Source of the DNA: an uncultured euryarchaeote
Lineage (GTDB): Archaea > Thermoplasmatota > Poseidoniia > Poseidoniales > Poseidoniaceae
Assembly: GCA_937899865.1 (NCBI GenBank)
Contig: CALBRH010000055.1
Span: forward strand, 5,512-69,511
Direction: 5' to 3'
Length of the DNA: 64,000 nucleotides
Each line of letters opens with the position of its first letter. Positions within the stretch are counted from its first letter, which is position 1. This document shows positions 9,793 to 21,400 of this stretch, piece after piece. Position numbers and translations under genes: made by a program. The notes beneath the pieces were generated by a model, which saw only the letters and a list, made by a program, of their open reading frames with translations, was not told the DNA's origin and did no database searches.

Positions 9793-12423
9793 TCACGAAA
9801 CTCTAGTCCAAGAACCATCTGGACCAACATTCCAATATTGAATTTCACTACTGACATCAACGTACCAGCCGCTAGCACCTTGCTGGCTGGCATCTATTGC
9901 TTGCATAACTCCTAATCTACCAGCTTCAACTGCTAATCGTGTCTTTTCTTGAGGAGATAGTGTTGGCGCCATATTGGTATTCTGATTTGGTGGTGCTGAT
10001 TGAGCAACTGCTGCTTCTTTTGGCTCCTCTTCGGAATAATCGTCTTCATCATCATCATAGTAGTCTTCATCATCATATTCGTCATCGTCAAACCAATCTC
10101 CATCTTCTGGTTCATAATTTGCTCTACGCACCAATACTACCATTGTTGTCAAAATCAAACCAAGCAATACTGCTGCAATTGTCATGGCAGTATTTGTCGA
10201 ACCAATAGCTCCGCCAAGCAGAACAGACTCAACATCAAAGAATGCTTGAGTAACTAAACCATTCCAAGTAATGCTGCAAGATCGGTCTAAGCCAGATTTT
10301 GAAATTTCCAATTCCCAAGTATCAGATGTGATAAATTTGTCAGGACCAGAGGTACAACTAATGGTTGTGTTTTCAGGCTCAACTGGTACTTTGTTATTGT
10401 TAATATCTACTCCATATACACGCAATAAAGCGATATCCCCTTGCTTGTAATCCTTACTCTCTATTTCACCAAACAATTGTATGGCTTGACCTGGATTAAC
10501 TATCAATGGAATAGTATGCTCTGCATTATCTTGAGAAATTGTCAAGCTATACTCTCCTGACACATTTCCGGTAAAAGTCCAGTATCCTCTACCTGCAATC
10601 GATGGAACAAATTCACCAATTGTTGAATTTAGGTTTGTTGATACTGATTCTGCAGGAGCAAGATTATTTCTTGAATCAGAAATTTGAATGAAAATATCTG
10701 ATTCTACTCCTGATTCAACTTCAAAGCCTGACTCTTGATTAGTGATTATTTGTCTAGCTTCGCCTGCAGAAACTGTTAGAGAGACTATAGAAAATACTCC
10801 GGCTGCATTAGCTTGAATCTCATGACTACCAATAGTTGTAGGAATCCAATTATAATCCAGTAAAGACATGCTCAATGTTTGATCTTCGCCATCGATTGTC
10901 CAATTAACAAATATATCACTAAGTTGATTACCATAAGAATCAAAGAACCGAGGATTCAAATCAAATGGGACATCAATAGGAATCTTTTGACCTTGCCCAT
11001 TCAATTCAATTACAGCTAGTTCTCCAAAACCTACTTGCTCGATAGATTGAGATTCGAATAAAATACCAGATGCCTCGTCAAACCAACTTCCTCTAACCGC
11101 AAATGCTCCAACTGAGTCTGGGATTAGAGTGTAGTAATCTTGTTGAGAAACTAATGTTGACTGATTACCAATCAAAACCTCTACCGAACCATTAACGTTC
11201 CAAGTATTACCTGCTAAGTCATAGGCTTGAACTACAACTGTTGACTGTTGCCCAACTGCAAGGTTTTGAGGAGTCATTTTTATTCTTGTATCTATTGCAA
11301 GACCGTGTTCAACTGTTACAGAAGTTGTTGAAATAAAACCTGAGTCATCCATAGAGATTGTTTGAACTCCCATAGTCATAGGAGTCCAATACACTCTGCC
11401 ATTTTCTTGACTTAATGTTCCGGAACTGACAGTGAAATTAGTAATTGGCGGAGTAATTAAGCCAGAGAAGCCAAGATTATCTGTACGGAAGGAAGCAAGT
11501 TCATACATCTCACCAGCATAATACACATCGTCATTAGGAATTATTGCCAATGAAGAGGCTGTAGCATCAGCAGGCACAACCCTAATTGTTCCAGTACCAG
11601 AGACAGGCCCTGCAGAAACTGTAACATTCCACACACCTGGATTTGAAGCATAGTAATAACCTGTATTGTTAATACTTCCATTCTCTACAAACCACAATTG
11701 TGAACCTGCAAGAGTTGTATCCATGGAATAGCCATTAACATCTACCAAATTTGGCTCCAACTGTAATGGTGAGCCGCTTCGAACCAAGATATCATTGGCA
11801 AAAATGAATTCATAAGGCGATCCTGCGACAACTTCAACAGTTGAAGTAGCCTCCATTTGATATAACCTAGCAGTCAGTTGATAGCTTCCAATATCAAGTG
11901 GAATCCACACTGGATTGCCTTGACCAAAGTACTCTCCATCAATACTCCATGCTGCTTGATCAGTTGGATTTGGATTTCCTCTCGCATCTATCAAATTTGC
12001 CGTAAGAATATTGTTTTGTAGAACTTGCCCAGTAGCAATTGAGATTTCAAGAGATTGTCCAATCCCAGGATTAACTGTGATGTTAAACTCATCCGTCAAA
12101 TTAGTGTGCCTGGCTTGTATAGTAATTACTCCAGAGTTCCATGGATAGAAAGTACCTTCATCTGTAATTGTACCATTAGTGGAAGACCATATTATGTTAC
12201 CAGCAACTTCACTATTTACCGAATCATATAATTTAGCTGAAAAAGTAACTACTTCATCAGCGCTCATAATATATGTCGGTGATGTAATTTGAATTCTTAC
12301 TGGGGAACTACTTGGCATAATTGTAGAATTATTTTCAGATAAATGGTCACTATCGAGATCAACTGGCATCGTGCTAAGTAGCATCAATACAATGATAGAA
12401 ATCGGCAGTAGTTTTCTAAACAC
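9793..12423 (-). CDS. Type-I anchored surface protein (876 aa) with tandem Ig-like (Big_2-type) beta modules
   Basis: GTG start 14 nt after the stop of the 3083-aa ORF. N-terminal hydrophobic signal-like segment LLPISIIVLMLLSTMPV. Repeated beta-rich modules follow (e.g. VTFSAKLYDSVNSEVAGNIIWSSTNGTITDEGTFYPWNSGVITIQA). C-terminal TM MTIAAVLLGLILTTMVVLV is followed by RR and a 111-aa acidic tail. Many N-x-S/T sequons. Confidence 0.85.
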   Translation of the reverse strand: MFRKLLPISIIVLMLLSTMPVDLDSDHLSENNSTIMPSSSPVRIQITSPTYIMSADEVVTFSAKLYDSVNSEVAGNIIWSSTNGTITDEGTFYPWNSGVITIQARHTNLTDEFNITVNPGIGQSLEISIATGQVLQNNILTANLIDARGNPNPTDQAAWSIDGEYFGQGNPVWIPLDIGSYQLTARLYQMEATSTVEVVAGSPYEFIFANDILVRSGSPLQLEPNLVDVNGYSMDTTLAGSQLWFVENGSINNTGYYYASNPGVWNVTVSAGPVSGTGTIRVVPADATASSLAIIPNDDVYYAGEMYELASFRTDNLGFSGLITPPITNFTVSSGTLSQENGRVYWTPMTMGVQTISMDDSGFISTTSVTVEHGLAIDTRIKMTPQNLAVGQQSTVVVQAYDLAGNTWNVNGSVEVLIGNQSTLVSQQDYYTLIPDSVGAFAVRGSWFDEASGILFESQSIEQVGFGELAVIELNGQGQKIPIDVPFDLNPRFFDSYGNQLSDIFVNWTIDGEDQTLSMSLLDYNWIPTTIGSHEIQANAAGVFSIVSLTVSAGEARQIITNQESGFEVESGVESDIFIQISDSRNNLAPAESVSTNLNSTIGEFVPSIAGRGYWTFTGNVSGEYSLTISQDNAEHTIPLIVNPGQAIQLFGEIESKDYKQGDIALLRVYGVDINNNKVPVEPENTTISCTSGPDKFITSDTWELEISKSGLDRSCSITWNGLVTQAFFDVESVLLGGAIGSTNTAMTIAAVLLGLILTTMVVLVRRANYEPEDGDWFDDDEYDDEDYYDDDEDDYSEEEPKEAAVAQSAPPNQNTNMAPTLSPQEKTRLAVEAGRLGVMQAIDASQQGASGWYVDVSSEIQYWNVGPDGSWTRVS

Positions 12424-12437
12424 ATTTACACATCCTA

Positions 12438-15400
12438 TTACTCAGTCCATTCTATCCAATCATCGGATTCTACCTCGCGGTAATACCAAACACCATCTTC
12501 GGTTTGACCCCATTCTGTACCATCTTCTTCAACACGATAATCAGCCATCCAACTTGTATCCTCTTCCTCAACTTCTTCCTCAACTTCTTCAACTTCTTGT
12601 TCTGGCTCCGTTTCTGGTGGTTGAGGTGGTGGTGTAGAAACTGTTGGTGCTTGACTAATTCTTGGTTGAGAGAAATCCCTTGAAATTGATTCTTCATCAT
12701 CTCTATAATAGTCTTCATCATCTTCGTCATCGTAGTAATCTTCATCGCCACGCACAAGTCGAATTACGAAAACAAGTAAAGCGACGGCAATTAGACCGAT
12801 TAAGCCTGCTCCAACATAATAAAGTGGGCCACCAGCAGCAAAGAATCCTGCTATATTCCCTTCAACATTGTAAATGAATGTCTCTGTAATTGAACCGATT
12901 ACGATTGTAGCCGAATGTTCTCCTTCATCAAGAGTTTCTAATTCCCAAACTCCGTTACCCAAATACTTCACTTTTCCTCTATCAGTAGAATCAATTCTTG
13001 CGGAATCAGGCACAGCAATTCTATTCCAATACTCATCATAAGCTTCAACTTCAACTGTTATAGATTCTAATTGTTCTAACTCAGTAGTACTAATATTGCT
13101 CTTTATATTCTTAACAACGCTCAATGAGAATACTTCGACATTAACCGATGAAGACAGAGTCAAATACTCTGCAGTCAATGTGTAATTTCCAGCAGATCTG
13201 CCGTTAAATTGGTACAATGCTTCAGTATCTGTTGCATTAATGTTGTATGCAGGACCATTATTTTCAAACCAAACTACAAGTTGAGGGAATTGATTACCAT
13301 CTGAGTCAGTTCCAGTCACTTGTAAATCAACAAAATTACCAGCATCTTGAGTTGTCACTGACTGTTCTAATGTCAAAGATACTGGCACGCCATGACTCAC
13401 TGAAATATCAAAATTAGCAGTCAAATTAAAGCCTCTTTCATTTATCAAAAAGGCACTAATTTTCCAATCCCCAACTTCAGTAGCATGCCAAATAAGTGCA
13501 TTTTGTAACATCTGATCTGAAATATCCTCAGAAGTTCCCGCTTCCAAATCATATAGAATCCATGCTGGTTGCATATTAGTAATCTGATTCAGATTTGTAT
13601 CACTTGTAGAGAAGCTGAATTGAATAAATTCATCAGCAGTTATTTCATATGAGCCAACTGAACTGAATTCAACACCATTGCTATCAATTGAATCTACTAC
13701 AAAATTTTCCAAGTCTCCAACTGACACATATACAACAAAATTATCAGAAATAACTACATCTAACTCTGTATGTTCGACATAAATAGTATATGGTGTAGAA
13801 GAAGACATAGTTGGTGAGAAAGTTATTTCTTGTGAATAATTACTACTCAAAACACTTTCATCTGCGAAATTCGGGTGGAAGAATGACCAATTACCATCTA
13901 TTAGCCATTGATTACCGTTGGAGTCTAAAGCTTTAATCGAAGCAGATATTTGCTCATCTGCAGTTATCATGAATACATCACCGTTGGAGACTTCATCATA
14001 GATCAAAATGTCCATTTGGTTTATTTTACCCCTGGTTACGAATACTTGAATTGTTTCAGTAGAACCTTGATAAAATGCTGAAATCGATTTGGTACCTTGT
14101 AGAGTTGGCACCCATGATGCTGGAAGACCTGTTACAACTTGACCATCGGCAACCGAAGTCCAGTTTTCAATCGGTAAAATCACCGCTAATCTATTACCTC
14201 TAACATCTATTCTTGTTGTGTTCAAATACAGAATTTCATCAGCTGATATTGAAGTTGAAGACGCTTCAAGTTCGAATGAAGCAAAAGCCCCATGAGTCAC
14301 ATCTACAAGAATACTATCCACCAAACTATTTTCTGATACAAAACTAATAGTTGATTGACCTACTAAATTCCCAGTATATTCACCGATTAATACTTCTGTA
14401 GTAGGAGGTGATGTGTGTGGAGTTGGTGTACTGTATTCTATGATTTCACCGTCAGAGACACTTAATGTATAATCTCCTACATCATCAAACCAAACTATAT
14501 TTGAATATTGATCAAAAGCTGTGCCAAAAATATCACAACTAGTATCTGCGTGAATTATGTCGCCACATCCGGACAATTCTACAAGCACTGGCGCCCCTGG
14601 TAATACCTCAACTTGAAGAGTCTCTTGTAATGTGTTTGACGAACCAACCCATTCAGCAGTAACTGTATGAATACCCGCAGAATAGGGTGAAAATAGTCCG
14701 CTAGAATCTATTGAACCATTGCTTGAGAAAAAGGAAATTACTTCATTGGTGACTAAGTTTCCAAACTGATCTATTGCATATGCAGATACTTGTAATGTAT
14801 CATCTGCCGTTATTGTTGCAAAGTTAACATCCGAAGTTTGATTGAGAGATGCAAAAATTTGCATTGGCATTCCTGGTTCAATCATGATTGCATAGTCAGT
14901 ACAGATTATTCCATAACAGGCTGAAACTACTTGCATTCCAGAAATAGTAGGAGAAAGTACAGCACTTTGAGTGGTCTGATTAGGTGTAATTGACCCTGAT
15001 GTAGTGCTCCATTCAATTTCTGCCATATTTGGGATACCTCCTGTTATAGCTTGACCATTTGAATCAAAGGCTTGAACGTCAAATGAATATGAACCATCTG
15101 CATTGTAATTGACCGTTTGTGAAGTAATATTCAAAATTGAAACATTAGTATGTAAAATCTCTAATTTTGGTCTGAGATTAATATCAGAATAATCGCTCGA
15201 GTAAACTGATACATAACCATCAAAATTACCGCCAGTACTTATTGGGGTACCCCGAATTAAGAATGTCAGTACATCACCAATTGATTGGCCGTACTCTCCT
15301 ACATCAAAAGAAAACACAGTATCTAGAGAGTTATACGTTTTGACATCTAATGGTTGGGAAACAAAATCAACACCTGGCTGAGGCCCAGGGTTAATTCCAG

Positions 15401-18400
15401 TATTATTCCAAGTCAGCGTCATCTCATCCCAATTTGTGTACAAGAATTCATGGATCGAAAATTCAACTTGGTAAGCACCTCCAGTTAAATCCCAAGATTC
15501 AACAAATAAATTAAGCACAATTGAATGAATAGATTGTGAATTACTGTCGAGGGGTATTTGGCTCGTATCTACTGATATAATTGCATCACAAATTGAATTG
15601 ATGGTATTTTGACACCCTCCACCAATTTCAAGATTATCTCCCACTCCATAATTAACATCAAGATTACTGTCAGTAATCCATGTGTCGTAAAAATTGATGT
15701 GGTTGAAGTCTAATATTTCGCTTGAATCTGAAAAGGCATAAGTTAGTGTTCCATCTTTATTGTCGAAGTTATCAGGATTTCCTAAGCCAAATATCCACTT
15801 TGGTGAGGGAGGCCCTGGTATTGATTGATTATAGCACTGAACCCACCACTCATAAGATTCACCGGGTGAAAATATCGAACTGGTGAATGTGTTGCCACTA
15901 AATCCACTATCTATTAATGAGTCAAAGACTAATAATCCAGATTCAGTATTAATGAATAATTTATACGATGTAGCAGAAGAAACCTGTGTCCATTCTAGTT
16001 GTACTGACTGGACTGAATTAATTGGTAAATTACTAACATCATACAAAATTTCACCGTCACTTGGAGATATTGGTAGCGGTTGACTCGGTGGCAAATATTG
16101 ATTGATATTCTCAATATAGGTTAAATTAATTGTTGGCTTCATTCCATTTATTGATTCTGATGAATGGAATTCAATGAAATTATTTTGTCCAGAAACCGCA
16201 GTTAATTTAAACGACAATGTATCATTATTTGTGAAAAAGTTTGTCTGCCCAAGATATGTTAAATCCCAGGAAACTAAGTTACCACTAGTCCCAGTAATAC
16301 TTGTTCTTGTAATTTCAGAAGTTGAACAAGTAGGAGTTGATTGATAACTAATCAATGATTCTTCGAAACCATCACAAGCATAAACAGATACTGCTATTGG
16401 TGATTGAGTTATCATATTTGAGATTACTTCCAATTCTAAAGTCATAGATATAGGTGTAGCAGTTGGAACGAAATACAATTCCGATAAATTATATTCGAAA
16501 TATGCTTCAAACACTCCTCCTGACGATGGATTTGTACCAACGCTAATTGTAGGGGATTGTCCCAAATTTAGGTTGTTAGATGAATCAGTAGAAGCATCAG
16601 ATACCATCGGGTTATCTCCTGTAAGAGTAAAAACAGAACCTCGTGAAAGTTCAACTGTATAATTTTCGTAGCCGTCAAAAATAGCTTGGTTCTCTGGGAT
16701 TCGATAATGATAAATTGGAGAGTAATGTCCAATTCTATGCTCTTGATCTACTCTAAATCTCCAATATTGCCATTGATCACCGGCATTTGACTCAATTTCA
16801 TCAATATCAGTATAATTGAATAAATTCAAGATTGAATCCCAGGAATAATTTTCGACATTACTAGTACTTTGAACACAATCTAGCCAGCGAATCTGAGTAC
16901 CATGGCATAGATTTATTGTTGTATGATTTGAAACTGGTTGAGAAACTTCGAAAGAAATATTATCAGCACCAACTAATGATGGTGATGATTCGTTCCATAA
17001 AGTTGAGCCGTTGGCCGGGCTAATTAGAGATACAGTTGGCGGCAACCATGATTCAACAGTTCGGTATTGGATAGATAATTTTGGTCGAAGTGAAATATTT
17101 GTATTTTCACTATCAGCAAAAATGTAACTGCCCTCAACAATCCCTGTTGGAGAATTAAACACCTCAGGTTGCAATAAAATCGATGCTACATCTTGATTAG
17201 ATTCTACTGTTAACTGTAATATGCGGGTGACATTCCAAGAGAAAGTCCCAATTGAGTCAACATATACCATAGAGTCTGGTAAATCAGAATCTGCGCCTCT
17301 TAATGCCCCACTATTTATCCACTGAACTCCTGAAGAGGAATTATCCCAAGTGGAATTTTCATCCCAGTTGGCTAAAATCCTAGATGCTGAGATATCAACT
17401 GCTCCAGAACCGTTGACTGCTGTTAATTCTAAATCTGCACTAATTATCTCATACACACTCGGTAGAGTAAGTGTGGACAAATTAAAACTAACAATAGATG
17501 TTATTGAGGATAAATTGCTATTCAAAATTGTGCTATTTCCAACTCTTATTCCTCCGGTATCATTGCTCTGATATGGATTTCCTTCATCAAGATAAATGTC
17601 TGAGGTAGCAGAAGGATAATTTGTTGGTGGGAATAAACTTCCATCTTGAATGTAAATAGTTGCGTCTGTCTGATTTATTTCTTGACCAATTGAATTAGGT
17701 ATAAAATACATTGATTGGTTACTACGTTGGCCTAACATTTCTTGTTCAATTGGTTGTACAGACCAATTTATTGAATTTCCAAAATTAATATCCTGATCCG
17801 GTGTAAAAGATAGTGTAACTAAATCGAACAACTCGGGATTCACTCTCGAATCAAACATTAAATCTCCTTCCATATCGTTGTTAGGGTCTAATTGGAAGAA
17901 AATCCGCCATGCATCTGGAGTTGATACACTACTTTGAGGCAAAGACCAGGTAAAGGTAGGCCTCAATTCAGGTAATATTGCATGGGAGGTTTGATTAAAG
18001 TAAATTTGTCCATCGAGCGGTAGAATAGTCTCAATGATATCAGAAGGAATTGTTCTCTGACCTTCGACCCATGTCATGTTTATTGTTGGTTTCGTGTTGG
18101 AGAAATCTGATGAATAGAAATACACCAACTGACCAGGCAAATCTGTATCTGAGTAAATCATCAAAGACAAACTTGTCCTACCTTCGGCCAGCGCTCTTTG
18201 AGCTATTTGTGTTATATTCCACACATTCTTCCCTACTTGAGACATTACTATGTCAAGAGGTTCAGAAACATCAGAACCTATTCCTCGCCCACCTAATTCA
18301 CTCCAATTATTTGTTGAATTATATCTAAAGTTATTAGCGTTTAAATCCCAAGGAGTTAGAACTTCTCTAACAGCTAATCTAACATTAGCAGATGAAAGTG

Positions 18401-21400
18401 GAGTTGCCTCAAGAGAGAACATTGCCGAAGTTAGAGATGCATTTTCTGGATGCATTGCTAGTGGTATTGGTACAGAAATTAACATTGAATTATTAGCACC
18501 ATCAGCCAATCTTCCTACACTCAAAATTGATTCGGTTTCTCCATTGACAATATCTAATGTACTTCTGTCATTGATATGTAAATCTGCAAAATTTATCATT
18601 TGTTGATTGGAAAAAGCACTACCATGAGAATATTCAGTAGTAAATGAATTGTGTGTGAGTGGGTGGTAATTTAAATCCGGTAGGAAAAATGTGAAACTTT
18701 GTGACCACTCGCCAAGTTGGAAGGTATTCGATAAACCTCTAACCCTCCAGTACCAGACCTTACCAATATCTAAGGAACTTTGCAACTCATATTCGCATCC
18801 AGCAATATCAAATCCTGGGTCATTCCAAGAAGTAATTGAACGCTTGTCAATGGAATCAAAATTGCTGGATGAATCAATTTCAATCGCCCAGCCAACAATT
18901 GGCATCGGACTATTATTATTCCATGACAAATCTAAGTCTATGTCAGTTTCTAGGGTGGAATTATTTTTGAAAACCCATTCGCCATCAGCAGGACTTTGCG
19001 CAGTTGGAGGTGTAGGCTTTTGATTAGAACCTAAAGTAAAGATTATCTCTAGTTGGGGCTGATCTTGTGAGTCTTGGCTCAAAGGTGAATTGAATATTGC
19101 AGTAGAACCGTAATAACCCGGCATAATTTCTAACATAAAATTAAGATTTTTTCCATCTCTCATCGAATTTTGGACTGAACTTGTCACATTCCAAACAGTA
19201 CAACAATTAGAGGCTACAGAGGAATTACTCAACAGATTAACTCGGTCTAAGGTTCCCGTTGCCCCAGGCGAATCCCATTGAATTCCACTAGATGATTCAA
19301 TCCAAGTCACTTCTTGTTCGTTCCAATCATCTGACACTAATTCCCATACACCTACATTAGGAGAATTAGTTGATGAAACTGTAGTCATAGTTAGGTTAGA
19401 TGAAATTACTGCATAACCCTGAGGTAGAAGATAACTTTGTAAATTAAGGCCTAACAGAGCATTATACTTTCCAAGTGACATTGTATCTGCGATAAATATG
19501 TTAGAATAACCGTAACTATTGGTGGTTGGAGAGTTACTGGCAATAGAACTAAACTTAAATCCAGGAATTGAATTTACATTTGAATCTACTGAGTTATTTA
19601 GAATAAATCTAAACATATTGCCACCTAGCCATTCAGATTCAAGGGTAGAAATAAACAGTGAAGAAGCATTCCAATCCCCTATTCTACCATCTCCGTCAAC
19701 CTGCTTTATCCTCCAATGATAAATGTCTCCTTTAGACAATTGATTTGATGAAGTAAATGTGTAATTTTGTAAAGCTGTAAGAGATGTTAATGATAGATCT
19801 CTACTATCTAAGTCTAAAATAACGTCTCTAAATAATGGATCGTTCGATACTTGCAAAAAGTAATCCATAAATACTCCATCTGAAGATTGCCATTCTAACT
19901 CAGGCGTTGTATCGCCGCTTAAATTGTCATTTTCAATTTCCCAAACAGGTTCTGTGTTTATTGGAGAAATTAGTTCTACATCTGGAATTGATTGATTCGC
20001 AGTCCATGAATATGTCAAACTCACACTTGGTGTATTTCCAGAAACTCCTTGAAATTCGGACGAAGCAAATTTAATTTCTTCCAGTTGAGATGGTGGCGAA
20101 TCATCTGGTAAAAATCCAGTTAATACATAACTCAAAGGAACATTAGAAGATTCATCTAGATGTTTTTGAAGTGAATTTTGGATATCAAAATCAAATGTAT
20201 TTGAGGCTGAATTAGAATCAATATTTGATTGTTCAGATGACCCAATTTGATTTAGCCCCCCATTAGCCCATTGTTGACCAATTTTACCATAGTTCCAAGT
20301 AGCCTCAGACTCACTCCACAAGGAATGCTCAATTGGGTGTAAAGAAAGAGTTGGCCCTTGAGAAGTAACTGTTTGTCTGTCCAATTCCAGTGATGCAGAA
20401 ACTATAGTCGCATTGCTATGAATGCCTAGCATATTAAAATTGATTTTCAACAAACTTATTTTATTATCATTCACATCGTTAGACACATACAAATATTGTT
20501 CCTCACCGTGTCCTTGAATTGCCGAAGTATCAATGTACGTATCTTCAATAAAATCAGTGCCCATCAAATTAAAATCGTTTTGCCCCAAGGTTATTGTTGC
20601 TGTACCATCTGAATTGTTTACGGTATTGTAATCTGGCAACAAAAAGTATCCTTCAGACCAATCCGATATTTTTGAGGTGTTATCAATGGACCTAATTCTA
20701 TGGTGAATTATTGACCCTAGTGGAAATGATTCAGAATTAGGAATATTGTAATATCCAGCAGCACCAGAAGTTGTAAACTGGTTGCTTAATGTTGAATAAA
20801 TCCAAGTCAAGTCTGTGATGTTTCTAAAATCACTTGATAATGAAAATTGGAACTCTACATCGGTTCCTACAAGGTTATCAAAACTAATCCTAGGATTTAT
20901 GTCAGCAGCCATAATAAAATCGTTTTTCATTAACGGAACACCGTCAACAGCAAAATTTTGTTCAACTGAACCACCGTCGCTATGAAAACCAGATGAATGT
21001 GAAATAATTAGTTCAGGATGATAAGATGTAGTAACATTGTTGCCTTTAGCACAGGCAATATTACCTCCGAGGCCAGAAATAATGATATCAAATGTACTCC
21101 TTCCCAAGTGTAAACTGGTTTGAACTAATTTAGTAACATTAAGATTGTACTCATAAATATTTGAAGTAATAGAGGCACTTGAAGATGGTACATCCCAATC
21201 TTTTCTATCAAATTCTCCATCAACACCAGGTTTCTGCCATGCTATTGAATTGGCAATACTATTCCAAGTAACTTCAGAAGGTGCAAAGTTCCCATATATT
21301 GTTGCAGGGTAGAGAACGGGTAATTGACTAGGAGTTTGCTGATACAAGACCTCGCATGTAAGTCTAAGTTCAGCATCTAAAATAAGATCAGAGGATTTGC

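Noticed and set aside
12371-12757. ORFs 12371..12637(+) and 12470..12757(-) across the 3' end of the 3083-aa gene. The second one translates to a Lys/Met-rich sequence.
   Set aside because: They are alternative-frame or antisense readings of the GAT/GAA/TAT-rich acidic-tail DNA. The in-frame reading as the tail of the 3083-aa protein is continuous with its TM helix and paralleled by the 876-aa tail.
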